64,000 nucleotides of DNA from Flavobacteriales bacterium (GTDB taxonomy: Bacteria > Bacteroidota > Bacteroidia > Flavobacteriales_D > UBA2798), in assembly GCA_019694795.1 (NCBI GenBank), contig JAIBBF010000002.1:86500-150499 (forward strand). The letters run 5' to 3'. The position numbers and the translations under genes were made by a program. Shown in pieces: positions 1 through 9,443 of this stretch (positions are counted from its first letter, which is position 1; each line of letters begins with the position of its first letter). The notes beneath the pieces were generated by a model. It saw only the letters and a program-made list of their open reading frames with translations. It did no database searches and was not told the origin of the DNA.

Positions 1-1
1 T

Positions 2-283
2 CAGTCTACTTTAAAGGACAAAAAGAGCGATATCGGAGCTAAATTATCGGAGCAGATGATCATCTGCGAAAATCTGGTTGAAGCCCTTTCCATGGATGAA
101 GCGAGTCCTGAAAAAGATGCATTAATTGCTGATCTTAAAGATCTGGATGCTACCTATAAATCATTTGAGTCTGTTAAAAACCTCGAAGGCGATGAAGCCT
201 ACAATGTTACCCTGAAGGATGACGAGATCAAGGTTTTGGCAGAGAAATTGATTACATTGCGTAATAAGATTGTTAAAGCCTAA
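2..283 (+). CDS. hypothetical protein, C-terminal fragment (ORF open to the left edge)
   Basis: The frame is open from nt 2 with no stop before TAA at 281-283. The ATG at 56 in the ORF track is probably internal. Acidic, helical-looking sequence with no recognised motif. Confidence 0.4.
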   Translation, partial: QSTLKDKKSDIGAKLSEQMIICENLVEALSMDEASPEKDALIADLKDLDATYKSFESVKNLEGDEAYNVTLKDDEIKVLAEKLITLRNKIVKA

Positions 284-295
284 TTCCCTGCGAGT

Positions 296-859
296 ATGAG
301 AAAGAGAATTATCCCTATGATGTTCACTGCAGCCATGATGGTTATGGTGGGCTATAGTTTCGCACAGGTACTTAATAAGAAGGCCGATGAAAAACCGGAT
401 CCTCGTATTAAAGCGAAAGAAAATGCCGGTAATGTAACTGCCTATAAAGAGAAAAGCCGCGAAAACCTGAAACCATATCGTTACGACGGAACCAATGTGC
501 AGCACTTTAGCTACTCAGGTTTCGCTCAAAAACGCGAAATTGAAGTGTTGTTGTTCAATGGTTCAGATTATCGTCTGGTGTTCAATGCACAAGGTGCTCC
601 AAAGCCGGTAAACATTGAAATTTACGACAAGCCAACATCGAACCAGGCGCGTACTAAAATTCATGAGTTTACGAATGTAACCGGACAAGAAAACCTGTCG
701 ATTGAAACGGGTACTTTAACCGCTAAATACCGTGAATTGAAAAACAATCCGGATGTATTGCTTAAGAGAATCTATGTAGATTATATCATTAGTCCTAACG
801 ACAGCAAAGAGCCTGTTAGCGGATTTATGATTCTTACGTACGGATACAAAAATATCTGA
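296..859 (+). CDS. hypothetical secreted protein
   Basis: 187-aa ORF with an ATG start. Hydrophobic N-terminal signal-like segment (MRKRIIPMMFTAAMMVMVGYSFAQ). A strong terminator follows. Confidence 0.6.
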   Translation: MRKRIIPMMFTAAMMVMVGYSFAQVLNKKADEKPDPRIKAKENAGNVTAYKEKSRENLKPYRYDGTNVQHFSYSGFAQKREIEVLLFNGSDYRLVFNAQGAPKPVNIEIYDKPTSNQARTKIHEFTNVTGQENLSIETGTLTAKYRELKNNPDVLLKRIYVDYIISPNDSKEPVSGFMILTYGYKNI

Positions 860-877
860 TCACAAGATCCGAATCTA

Positions 878-906
878 AGCCGGTCCTTGTGACCGGCTTT
901 TTTTTT
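878..906 (+). terminator. rho-independent terminator
   Basis: Stem AGCCGGTC / GACCGGCT with loop CTTGT, followed by a T-run of 9. Confidence 0.7.
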
Positions 907-956
907 ATCTGCTTTTGAATAGCTAATTTTTATCTTCGCAAACTAAAGTTATAATC

Positions 957-2903
957 ATGATTAAAATTACCCTTCCCGATGGCTCCATTCGTGAGGTTGC
1001 CAAGGGAACAACCGCACTTCAAATTGCACAAAGCATTAGTGAAGGATTAGCCAGAAATGTCCTCGCTGCCGAAGTAAACGGACAAGTAGTGGATGCCATG
1101 CGTCCGATTAACGACGACTCCAAACTGAAATTATTAACCTGGGACGATAACGGTGGAAAATCCACCATGTGGCACTCTTCTGCACACTTAATGGCAGAGG
1201 CCTTGGAAGAATATTATCCGGGCGTAAAATTCGGTATTGGTCCCCCAATTGAAAACGGATTTTATTATGATGTGGATTTCGCGGGACAAGCCTTTTCTGA
1301 AGCAGATCTGAAAAAGGTAGAAGATAAAATGCTTGAACTGGCCCGTCAGAAAAATCCATATATCCGGAAAGAAATTTCAAAAGCAGATGCCATCAGTTAT
1401 TTTAAAACCAAAGGCGACGAATATAAATTGGATTTACTGGAGGGATTAGAAGATGGAACTATCACATTCTACGAGCAAGGAAAGTTCACCGATTTATGTC
1501 GTGGTCCACATATCCCCAACACCGGATTTATTAAGGCAGTAAAACTGATGAGTGTTGCCGGTGCCTATTGGAAAGGTGATGAAAAAAATAAGCAGTTAAC
1601 ACGCATTTACGGAATCACCTTTACCAAAGCGAAGGACCTCGAAGAATACCTGGTTCTGCTCGAAGAAGCAAAAAAACGCGATCACCGTAAACTGGGTAAA
1701 GAGCTCGAACTTTTTACATTCTCCGAAAAGGTGGGAATGGGCTTACCATTGTGGCTACCTAAGGGAACGGCCTTACGCGAGCGACTGGAACAATTCATGC
1801 GTAAAGCACAGAAGAAAGCCGGGTATGTGCAGGTAGTTACGCCGCATATTGCCAATAAGAATTTATACGTGACATCAGGTCACTATGAAAAATACGGAAA
1901 GGATTCCTTTCAGCCGATTCACACCCCTGCAGAGGGTGAAGAGTTTTTTCTGAAACCGATGAATTGTCCACACCACTGTGAGATTTATAAATCGAGTCCA
2001 CGTTCCTATAAAGATCTTCCATTACGTTTGGCAGAATTCGGAACGGTTTATCGTTATGAGCAAAGTGGAGAATTACATGGATTAACCCGCGTTCGTGGAT
2101 TTACTCAGGATGATGCCCACATTTTTTGTCGCCAGGATCAGGTTGAAGAAGAATTCAAAAAAGTAATCGACCTCGTATTACTTGTATTCAAGGCGCTCGA
2201 TTTTCACGATTATGTGGCCCAGGTATCACTTCGTGATCCTGAAAATCCTTCCAAATACATTGGTTCTCCCGAAAATTGGGAAAAAGCGGAACAATCCATT
2301 ATCCGTGCTGCCACCGAAAAAGGATTAAAAACCGTTATCGAAACCGGAGAAGCGGCGTTTTACGGACCCAAACTCGATTTCATGGTGAAAGACGCCATCG
2401 GAAGAAAGTGGCAATTGGGTACCATTCAGGTGGACTACAACCTTCCGGAGCGTTTTGAATTAGAGTATACAGGTTCTGATAACCAGAAGCATAGACCGGT
2501 AATGATCCACCGTGCGCCATTTGGTTCGCTGGAGCGTTTTGTGGCGGTCCTGATCGAGCACTGTGCCGGAAACTTCCCTTTGTGGTTAACCCCCGAGCAG
2601 GCCGTTATTTTACCTATTTCCGAGAAGTATAACGATTATGCGCACCGAGTTTCGGAATTGCTAAATAATTACGATATTCGCAGCCTCGTTGACGAGCGCA
2701 ATGAAAAAATCGGTAAAAAAATCCGCGATGCGGAGGTGAAAAAATTACCGTTTATGCTCATTGTCGGCGAGAAGGAACAAGATGAAAATCAAGTTTCTGT
2801 CAGAAGACACGGTGAAGGAGATAAAGGATCATTTTCTATTGAGCAATTTGCTGCATTGGTGAATGATGAAATAGCTTCGAAACTGGATACGCTGACGGCT
2901 TAA
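957..2903 (+). CDS. thrS: threonine--tRNA ligase
   Basis: 648 aa. N-terminal TGS-like region, editing-site HSSAHLMA, class II motifs ([26 protein letters not shown]) and a C-terminal anticodon-binding domain. Conserved thrS-infC-rpmI-rplT gene order. Confidence 0.97.
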   Translation: MIKITLPDGSIREVAKGTTALQIAQSISEGLARNVLAAEVNGQVVDAMRPINDDSKLKLLTWDDNGGKSTMWHSSAHLMAEALEEYYPGVKFGIGPPIENGFYYDVDFAGQAFSEADLKKVEDKMLELARQKNPYIRKEISKADAISYFKTKGDEYKLDLLEGLEDGTITFYEQGKFTDLCRGPHIPNTGFIKAVKLMSVAGAYWKGDEKNKQLTRIYGITFTKAKDLEEYLVLLEEAKKRDHRKLGKELELFTFSEKVGMGLPLWLPKGTALRERLEQFMRKAQKKAGYVQVVTPHIANKNLYVTSGHYEKYGKDSFQPIHTPAEGEEFFLKPMNCPHHCEIYKSSPRSYKDLPLRLAEFGTVYRYEQSGELHGLTRVRGFTQDDAHIFCRQDQVEEEFKKVIDLVLLVFKALDFHDYVAQVSLRDPENPSKYIGSPENWEKAEQSIIRAATEKGLKTVIETGEAAFYGPKLDFMVKDAIGRKWQLGTIQVDYNLPERFELEYTGSDNQKHRPVMIHRAPFGSLERFVAVLIEHCAGNFPLWLTPEQAVILPISEKYNDYAHRVSELLNNYDIRSLVDERNEKIGKKIRDAEVKKLPFMLIVGEKEQDENQVSVRRHGEGDKGSFSIEQFAALVNDEIASKLDTLTA

Positions 2904-2935
2904 TATGTAACTAAAAAAGAACAACTATAGCACAG

Positions 2936-3496
2936 ATGAATTCGCCTCGCCCGGCCTTTGGTGGTCGCGGAGGACGTCCTCAGAAAGAGGAACTGCATAA
3001 AATCAACAACCGCATCACGGCCCGCGAGGTTCGTGTAGTGGGAGAGGATATTGAACCGAAGGTTTATTCCTTATCAGAAGCACTTAAAATGGCGGCTGAA
3101 CGTGAACTGGACCTCGTGGAAATTTCTCCGAACGCAGTTCCTCCGGTATGTAAGATTACTGATTACAAAAAGTTCCTTTACGAACAAAAGAAAAAACAGA
3201 AGGAACAAAAGGCTAAACAAGCCAAAGTAACAGTAAAGGAAATTCGTTTCGGTCCAAATACCGATGAGCACGATTTCAACTTTAAAGTGAAACATGCCAT
3301 CGAGTTTTTGAACGAAGGAAGTAAAGTCAGAGCTTATGTGTTCTTTAAAGGAAGAACCATTGTATTTAAAGAGCGCGGAGAAATTTTATTATTGAAATTT
3401 GCCCAGGCACTTGAAGAATACGGAGCAGTTGAAAAACTGCCATCTTTAGAAGGTAAAAAGATGTTCATTTACATCAACCCGAAAAAGAAAAAATAA
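2936..3496 (+). CDS. infC: translation initiation factor IF-3
   Basis: 186 aa. [18 protein letters not shown]...[20 protein letters not shown] is the typical IF-3 N-domain, followed by a lysine-rich linker and a C-domain. Sits between thrS and rpmI. Confidence 0.93.
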   Translation: MNSPRPAFGGRGGRPQKEELHKINNRITAREVRVVGEDIEPKVYSLSEALKMAAERELDLVEISPNAVPPVCKITDYKKFLYEQKKKQKEQKAKQAKVTVKEIRFGPNTDEHDFNFKVKHAIEFLNEGSKVRAYVFFKGRTIVFKERGEILLLKFAQALEEYGAVEKLPSLEGKKMFIYINPKKKK

Positions 3497-3528
3497 ATTG
3501 TAATTAATAACCAATAAATAACAGAACA

Positions 3529-3723
3529 ATGCCTAAAATGAAAACTAATTCCAGTGCAAAGAAGCGCTTTAAAGTGACTGCTACTGGAAAGATCAAAAGA
3601 AAGCATGCGTTCAAGCGTCACATTCTTACCAAGAAGTCGACCAAAGCTAAGCGTGCGTTAACGCATAGCGGATTGGTACACGATGCCGACATGAAGAATG
3701 TGAAAGCGATGCTCGTGCTCTGA
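3529..3723 (+). CDS. rpmI: 50S ribosomal protein L35
   Basis: 64 aa, [33 protein letters not shown]. Synteny with infC and rplT. Confidence 0.93.
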   Translation: MPKMKTNSSAKKRFKVTATGKIKRKHAFKRHILTKKSTKAKRALTHSGLVHDADMKNVKAMLVL

Positions 3724-3832
3724 TTCTGATCAGAAGAAAAACGGTTCAATGTTTAACCCGGAAGTTCAGTAAAGCAAGCGTCCCGCCGTTTAATTAAAAG
3801 GGAACACTGACTGCCAAAAACAAAAAAAAGTT

Positions 3833-4177
3833 ATGCCACGTAGTAAAAACAAAGTAGCGTCAAAGGCAAGACGTAAAAAGATTCTGGATTCCGCAAAAGG
3901 TTTCTGGGGCCGCGGTAAAAATGTATTAACCGTAGCAAAAAACAAAGTAGAAAAAGCAGGAGTACACGCTTATTCCGGACGTAAACAAAAGAAACGTCTG
4001 TATCGTGCACTTTGGATTCAGCGTATCAACGCTGCAGTTCGTCCGCTTGGAATGTCGTACAGCGAATTTATCGGTAAAGCCAATGCAAAAGGTATTGCTC
4101 TGAACCGTAAAGCACTTGCTGATTTGGCATTGAATCACCCGGATGCATTTAAAGCAGTAGTTGAGAAAGTGAAATAA
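3833..4177 (+). CDS. rplT: 50S ribosomal protein L20
   Basis: 114 aa, [18 protein letters not shown]...[12 protein letters not shown] signature. Confidence 0.95.
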   Translation: MPRSKNKVASKARRKKILDSAKGFWGRGKNVLTVAKNKVEKAGVHAYSGRKQKKRLYRALWIQRINAAVRPLGMSYSEFIGKANAKGIALNRKALADLALNHPDAFKAVVEKVK

Positions 4178-4195
4178 ATTTCCTCCCTCATTGAA

Positions 4196-4229
4196 AATCC
4201 CCTTCCAGAAATGGTTGGGGATTTTTTTT
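4196..4229 (+). terminator. rho-independent terminator after rplT
   Basis: Stem AATCCCC / GGGGATT (4196-4202 / 4217-4223) followed by T8. Confidence 0.7.
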
Positions 4230-4330
4230 GTTATAGATTTTTCAGGAATGGTAATCATCAGTGAAAATTCACTTTTACTGATGATGGTCATCTTTCACGG
4301 AATTTAGGAATCCGTAATTGCAAAAAAAAA

Positions 4331-5707
4331 ATGCCCTACAAAACCATCATCGAACCGTTTCGGATTAAAACAGTAGAACCTATAAAAATGACCACCCGCG
4401 AAAACCGGGAGTTGTTTATGCGTCATGCACACTATAATCCCTTTTTGTTGACCTCCGATCAGGTATTAATCGATTTTTTAACGGATAGTGGAACTTCTGC
4501 CATGAGTTCAGAGCAATGGGCCGGAGTTATGCGTGGTGATGAATCCTATGCAGGGGCTTCCAGTTGGAGAAAAATGCATGCGGCGGTGGAGAATTTAACC
4601 GGTATGCCTTTCGTATTGCCAACGCATCAGGGAAGAGCGGCAGAACGGATTTTATATGGTCACCTCGGTGGTGCAGGAAAAACGTTTATCTCCAATACAC
4701 ATTTCGATACTACACGAGCCAATATTGAATTTAGCGGTGCAGAGGCGATTGATATAGTTATTGAAGAAGGAAAAAATCCTGCTTTGCAACATCCGTTTAA
4801 AGGAAATATGGATGTAAAAAAACTGGAACAATTAATTCTGGAAAAGGGACCTGAAAACATAGGTGGTGTTATTTTAACGGTTACCAATAATTCAGGGGGT
4901 GGTCAACCCGTAAGTTTAAAAAACGCACTCGAGGTAAGTGAGATTTGCGATAAATACAACGTATATCTATTTCTCGATTGTTGTCGCGTTGCAGAAAATG
5001 CCTATTTCATTAAACATCGTGAACCGGAATTTTCTCATCTCAGCTATAAAGAAATTGCTCAACGCATGTTCGCTCTTGCCGATGGCGCAGTAATGAGTGC
5101 AAAAAAAGATGCATTGGTAAACATGGGTGGATTTTTATCACTTCGTGATGATCAGTTGGCAGAGGATTGCAAAAATCTCTTAATTATAACGGAAGGTTAT
5201 ACCACCTACGGGGGATTATCCGGAAGGGATATGGAAGCGCTGGCCATTGGACTGGAAGAAGTGTTTGATCCGGATTATCTCCATTACCGAATTCGCAGCA
5301 CAGCCTATTTAGGAGAAGCTTTGCATGCCATGGGTGTTCCGGTGATGATGCCAATTGGCGGACATGCCGTTTATGTGGATGCAAAATCATTTTATCCGCA
5401 GATTCCTTCGCATGAATATCCCGGTCAGGCTTTAGCGTGTGAATTATATATGGAAGGCGGCGTTAGAAGTTGTGAAATCGGATCGGTGATGTTTGGTAAA
5501 TATGATGCAGAAGGAAAATTAATTCCCGCTCCTATGGAATTGGTTCGACTCGCCATTCCTCGTCGCGTTTATACGCAAAGTCATATTGAATACGTTCTCG
5601 AAGTGTTCGAAAATCTGCTGAAAGGAAAAGAAAAAGTGAAAGGAATGAAGATCACCCGTGAGCCCAAATTCCTGCGCCATTTTACCTCGCATTTCGAGCG
5701 ACTCTGA
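4331..5707 (+). CDS. tnaA: tryptophanase (beta-eliminating lyase family, PLP-dependent)
   Basis: 458 aa, alignable by eye over the full length to E. coli TnaA and Citrobacter TPL (EPFRIKTVEP, LTDSGTSAMS, PTHQGRAAE, GGQPVS, PLP-lysine region SAKKDALVNMGG, GGHAVYVDA, PRRVYTQSH). The specificity positions look Trpase-like: HFDTTR has Asp where TPL has Thr124, and LRHFTS has His where TPL has Phe448. Confidence 0.85.
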   Translation: MPYKTIIEPFRIKTVEPIKMTTRENRELFMRHAHYNPFLLTSDQVLIDFLTDSGTSAMSSEQWAGVMRGDESYAGASSWRKMHAAVENLTGMPFVLPTHQGRAAERILYGHLGGAGKTFISNTHFDTTRANIEFSGAEAIDIVIEEGKNPALQHPFKGNMDVKKLEQLILEKGPENIGGVILTVTNNSGGGQPVSLKNALEVSEICDKYNVYLFLDCCRVAENAYFIKHREPEFSHLSYKEIAQRMFALADGAVMSAKKDALVNMGGFLSLRDDQLAEDCKNLLIITEGYTTYGGLSGRDMEALAIGLEEVFDPDYLHYRIRSTAYLGEALHAMGVPVMMPIGGHAVYVDAKSFYPQIPSHEYPGQALACELYMEGGVRSCEIGSVMFGKYDAEGKLIPAPMELVRLAIPRRVYTQSHIEYVLEVFENLLKGKEKVKGMKITREPKFLRHFTSHFERL

Positions 5708-5708
5708 A

Positions 5709-6233
5709 TCACCGGAGTGATTTGCTCATTATTTCGCATTTTAAAGGCATTACAGCCACTTTGCTGAGGTGAGGAATGGATTGGGTCAGCGATTGGTTTT
5801 TAGTAATGCTGTACCCTAAATCCTGATACCATTGGCGAAGGAGGTTTTTCCCGCTATGTTCACCCTCAAGGGGTGATACCAATACCAATTGCATGTGGTG
5901 TATGCCTTTTTGTTTGGCAAGACCTTCTGCATGCGCAATTAAATTTGAACCAATTCCTTTTCCACGATAGGAAGGATCACAAATCAGCATTTTGAATTCT
6001 GCGAGATCAGGCGAATGAAAATCAAGAGCAATGGAACCAATAATTTGATCGTCCTCCACAGCCAAAAGCAAACGATCTTCTTCAGCCAGTTGCATCAATT
6101 CATCTTCATTGGTGCGGACATGTCCCTCCTCCCAAAAATCATGTTCTTCCGTTTCATAAATTTCATTTACGAGATCCATTAATTCGATGATCCGGTTAAA
6201 TTCAACAGGTTGGGGAAATGGAATAATCTTCAT
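5709..6233 (-). CDS. GNAT family N-acetyltransferase
   Basis: 174 aa. Acetyl-CoA binding motif A RGKGIGSNLIAHAEGLAKQKG. Confidence 0.8.
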   Translation of the reverse strand: MKIIPFPQPVEFNRIIELMDLVNEIYETEEHDFWEEGHVRTNEDELMQLAEEDRLLLAVEDDQIIGSIALDFHSPDLAEFKMLICDPSYRGKGIGSNLIAHAEGLAKQKGIHHMQLVLVSPLEGEHSGKNLLRQWYQDLGYSITKNQSLTQSIPHLSKVAVMPLKCEIMSKSLR

Positions 6234-6267
6234 AAAACAAAAGTGCTAAAAAAATCAGAATGCCAGA

Positions 6268-7047
6268 ATGGCAGAGTATTGGAATGGGTACGTTCATTGC
6301 AGGAGAAGATGCATGAATCGCGCCGATCGAAATAAAATTTTAGCTGCATTAGGTATTCCTTTCATCGTAACGCTTCTTGCCTGGATCAGCTGGTTGGTGT
6401 TTTCACCCGAAGTGGTGGCCTGGGGAATTCATCCGAGAAATTTCATGGGTTTAAGAGGAATATTATTTGCACCGCTTATCCATGAACCCTCTACCATTTC
6501 GCATTTACTGAATAATTCAATTCCGCTCTTGTTTCTGGGTTGGGCATTGTATTATTTCTATCCTGAATTAGCCAACCGTGTGTTTGCATTTATTTGGGTT
6601 TTCTCCGGATTTTGGGTGTGGCTTGCTGTTAAAGATGATTCGTACCATATCGGGGCAAGTGGAATTGTGTACGGACTTGCATCCTTCCTGTTTTATTCCG
6701 GAATAATTAGAAAGCAAACCAATTTATTGGGATTAACCATGCTCGTTACCTTTTTATACGGCGGAATGGTGTGGGGAATTTTTCCCTACGATTTAAGCAT
6801 TAGCTGGCAGGGTCATCTATTCGGTGGAATTATGGGACTAGTGCTTGCCATATATTACCGTAAAGAAGGATGGCAGCGCGAAAAATATGAATGGGAAACA
6901 GAGCCGATACATGAAACATTTTCCGAATTAAATCAACGCCATGAAGCGGTGCTCAGCGGAAAAATTCCCGATCCGAATTTGCCTGTGGAATTACCACCGC
7001 ATATTGTGGTGAATTATGAAATTGTTGAAGGAAATAAAAAGGACTAA
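6268..7047 (+). CDS. rhomboid family intramembrane serine protease
   Basis: Multi-TM protein with GASGIVYGL (GxSG catalytic Ser) and a later HLFGGIMGL (catalytic His helix). The start could instead be the Met at 6313. Confidence 0.8.
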   Translation: MAEYWNGYVHCRRRCMNRADRNKILAALGIPFIVTLLAWISWLVFSPEVVAWGIHPRNFMGLRGILFAPLIHEPSTISHLLNNSIPLLFLGWALYYFYPELANRVFAFIWVFSGFWVWLAVKDDSYHIGASGIVYGLASFLFYSGIIRKQTNLLGLTMLVTFLYGGMVWGIFPYDLSISWQGHLFGGIMGLVLAIYYRKEGWQREKYEWETEPIHETFSELNQRHEAVLSGKIPDPNLPVELPPHIVVNYEIVEGNKKD

Positions 7048-7076
7048 AAAAGAAAAAGGAGCGGAAAATCCGCCCC
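7047..7076 (-). terminator. probable terminator of dnaN
   Basis: The minus strand reads GGGGCGG-ATTTT-CCGCTCC (one mismatch), followed by TTTTTCTTTTTT. Confidence 0.5.
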
Positions 7077-7105
7077 TTAGTCAGGTCATCATGGCAAAGC
7101 GTTAA

Positions 7106-8227
7106 TTAGTTGTTCAGCATAATAGGCATTACCAACATTAAAATACTTTCATCTTTATTGTCCGACTCTGCTGGTAATAAAATACCGGCACGGTTCGGAG
7201 CACTCATTTCAAGAATAACATCGTTACACTGCAAATTGTTCAGCATTTCGATAAGGAATTTCGCATTGAATCCGATTTCCATATCTTCTCCTTCGTAAGC
7301 GCAGGTTAAACGCTCCATGGCTTCATTGGCGTAATCTAAATCTTCCGCAGAAATAGCCAATTCACTTCCGGTCATTTTTAAACGAACCTGGTGAGTAGTT
7401 TTATTGGAAAAAATAGAAACACGTTTTAACGAACTAAGGAAGGTTGAACGATCAATCGTCAGTTTGTTCGGATTTTGTTTTGGAATTACAGCTTCGTAAT
7501 TCGGGTATTTACCATCGATTAAACGGCAAATTAAAGTATGGTGATCAAAAGTAAATAAGGCATTTGTTTGGTTAAACTCCACTTTTACTTCTCCGCCATT
7601 TGCACTTAAAGCACTTTTTAAAAGGTTAAGCGGTTTTTTAGGGATAATAAATGCAGCAGCTTTCGGCGATTTTAAATCGCTGCGTTTAAAGCGAACCAGT
7701 TTATGTGCATCAGTAGCTACGAAAATAAATTCGTCGGAGCTCAGTTGACAATATACTCCGCTCATAACAGGACGCAAATCGTCGCTTCCTGTAGCGAAGA
7801 TGGTTTTAACGATGGCATTTAATAATACACTCGAAGGCATGGCCACTGATGATGCCGCTTCAATTCCGGGTACTTTCGGAAACTCCGAAGCATTGTGACC
7901 GGTTAATTTAAATTTACCATTATCGGATGAAATCTCAACCGAGAAATTTTTGGCGTCGATAGAAAACGTCAATGGTAACTCCGGGAAATTCTTCAATGTT
8001 TCAATCAATAATTTCGCAGGAATACAAATGCTTCCGTCTTCACGTGCTTCAACTTCCATGGTAGTAACCATTGTAGTTTCTAAATCGGAAGCAGAAACAG
8101 TTAATTGCTTATTACTGATTTCAAACAAAAAATTATCCAGAATTGGCAACGTATTGCTCGAATTTAAAACCCCACTGATGGATTGAAGTTGTTTTAAAAG
8201 AGCGGTACTTGAGACAATAAATTTCAT
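7106..8227 (-). CDS. dnaN: DNA polymerase III subunit beta (sliding clamp)
   Basis: MKFIVSSTALLKQLQSISGVLNSSNTLPILDNFLFE is a typical clamp N-terminus, with three-domain length. The track start at 8251 is a TTG lying inside the -7 promoter box, so the ATG at 8227 is preferred. Confidence 0.93.
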   Translation of the reverse strand: MKFIVSSTALLKQLQSISGVLNSSNTLPILDNFLFEISNKQLTVSASDLETTMVTTMEVEAREDGSICIPAKLLIETLKNFPELPLTFSIDAKNFSVEISSDNGKFKLTGHNASEFPKVPGIEAASSVAMPSSVLLNAIVKTIFATGSDDLRPVMSGVYCQLSSDEFIFVATDAHKLVRFKRSDLKSPKAAAFIIPKKPLNLLKSALSANGGEVKVEFNQTNALFTFDHHTLICRLIDGKYPNYEAVIPKQNPNKLTIDRSTFLSSLKRVSIFSNKTTHQVRLKMTGSELAISAEDLDYANEAMERLTCAYEGEDMEIGFNAKFLIEMLNNLQCNDVILEMSAPNRAGILLPAESDNKDESILMLVMPIMLNN

Positions 8228-8248
8228 CGGGTGTGTATTTTGACAGAA

Positions 8249-8256
8249 CAAATATA
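8249..8256 (-). promoter_or_regulatory. Bacteroidota -7 promoter box (TATATTTG) for dnaN
   Basis: Perfect match to TAnnTTTG on the minus strand, 21 nt upstream of the dnaN ATG. Confidence 0.45.
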
Positions 8257-8294
8257 TACCCTTGAAAGTCCAGTAAGGAGGAAAGTTTTAATAG

Positions 8295-8357
8295 GTTAAA
8301 AACACTACGATGTTAAAAACGTTAAAAACATGATTTTTAAATGCTTACGTTAAAAAT
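8295..8357. repeat. four direct copies of the 9-mer GTTAAAAA(C/T)
   Basis: Copies at 8295-8303, 8312-8320, 8321-8329 (adjacent to the previous copy) and 8349-8357 (the T variant). They lie in the 134-bp spacer upstream of dnaN. Confidence 0.5.
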
Positions 8358-8385
8358 CACGAATACGTTTTAATACGGCTAAGCC

Positions 8386-9441
8386 TCAGTTTTGCAGGCG
8401 GGTAGAGTGGGTAAAGGCGTAAATGGGCCAGAGGATCTTGTCGAAAACGAAAAACTGAATCACTACGATTTGTCCATCAGGCAATAAAGCAAATGCGCGT
8501 TCCGGATCCCAGGGATATTCGCCGGTATTTTCATTTCCGACCGAATTTTTAGGCGGGACCTTTTTATGATAAATATTCAGCTTTTTAGATTCACCTTTTT
8601 TGGTTTTCACCTGAACGATATAATAAGGTTTTGCGTGGCGGAGCGAATCTTCCTGTAAAGGTGATAAGATACCCTTATTAAAGGTTTCGAAATGTATTTT
8701 TTTGAAGTTAACTACAAACTGACGAACTGCTGCGGTATCGAAAACCGGAACTTTACGGTTCATGAAATCGATTAATTGAAATTCATTTTCTCCGGTAACT
8801 TTTACTTCGAAACTTTCATGAATAGAATCGTTATTCGTCATACTTACAGAGGCAATTTCTGCCGGATCGTAATTGAATACCCCGGTAAATCTCCAGGCTA
8901 AAGGATCAATGTAGAAGCGGGAAGTAAGCTGACCATGAAACCCGGGAATATACGTGATGTAAGGCAGATCCGATTTTCCTTCTTCCGGTGTTTCTAAAAT
9001 CATGTAAGAAGCATCGTGGTCTTTTGTAGGGTAACCCACATACCAGGTTTTAATTAATTGATCATTGGCTCCATAAAACTCAGCTTTAAAATATTCTACG
9101 GCCATGTTGCGTAAAACATTTTTGCGGGCCGATTCGGGGACCGGACTTTTTACTTCAATTTTTTTGCAGACCTCAAGAATGAGATACACCGATTCAATTC
9201 TCGCTCTGTATTTTCCGTCCAGCTCCCAATGATCCGGAGATTTTCGGGTAAGCGTTACCGATTTTTTATCCTGATTGGTAATGACAAATTTCGAAATGGA
9301 GGCGGTGTCCTCAATGGCAAAATTACTTAACTCTTTTTTAAAGGTGGAATTGCTTTTGTTGCGCATCATTATAATTACAACAACCAATAGTCCGATAAAT
9401 ACCGTGAGCGATAGAATTAATCTGATTTGATTTTTTTTCAT
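8386..9441 (-). CDS. DUF4340-like membrane-anchored protein (GldG-associated)
   Basis: 351 aa with an N-terminal TM anchor (LILSLTVFIGLLVVVIIMM). Starts 2 nt after the gldFG stop. This position after GldG-type genes is typical of DUF4340 proteins. Confidence 0.5.
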   Translation of the reverse strand: MKKNQIRLILSLTVFIGLLVVVIIMMRNKSNSTFKKELSNFAIEDTASISKFVITNQDKKSVTLTRKSPDHWELDGKYRARIESVYLILEVCKKIEVKSPVPESARKNVLRNMAVEYFKAEFYGANDQLIKTWYVGYPTKDHDASYMILETPEEGKSDLPYITYIPGFHGQLTSRFYIDPLAWRFTGVFNYDPAEIASVSMTNNDSIHESFEVKVTGENEFQLIDFMNRKVPVFDTAAVRQFVVNFKKIHFETFNKGILSPLQEDSLRHAKPYYIVQVKTKKGESKKLNIYHKKVPPKNSVGNENTGEYPWDPERAFALLPDGQIVVIQFFVFDKILWPIYAFTHSTRLQN

Positions 9442-9443
9442 GC

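Noticed and set aside
2912-2938. Non-canonical (ATA/ATT) start codon for infC, as used for IF-3 autoregulation in many bacteria.
   Set aside because: An in-frame ATG at 2936 gives an N-terminus of normal length. The in-frame ATA at 2927 is only 3 codons upstream and nothing supports it.
3724-3735. Perfect 12-bp palindrome TTCTGATCAGAA immediately after the rpmI stop, in the unusually long (109 bp) rpmI-rplT spacer. I considered it as an L20 operator or attenuator.
   Set aside because: With no loop it can form at most a 4-bp hairpin. No T-run follows it. It has no similarity I can see to the known L20 pseudoknot or leader structures.
4248-4307. 19-codon upstream ORF (MVIISENSLLLMMVIFHGI) containing an 8-bp inverted repeat (TCATCAGT...ACTGATGA). 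It lies between the rplT terminator and the tryptophanase start, which recalls TnaC-type leader control.
   Set aside because: The peptide has no Trp codon and no resemblance to TnaC. No terminator or rut-like element follows it. I have no evidence that Bacteroidota use leader-peptide control of tnaA. It is worth noting only as a hairpin.
8228-8385. Possible oriC next to dnaN.
   Set aside because: There is no dnaA gene adjacent and I found no cluster of TTATCCACA-like DnaA boxes. The AT-rich 9-mer repeats alone are insufficient.
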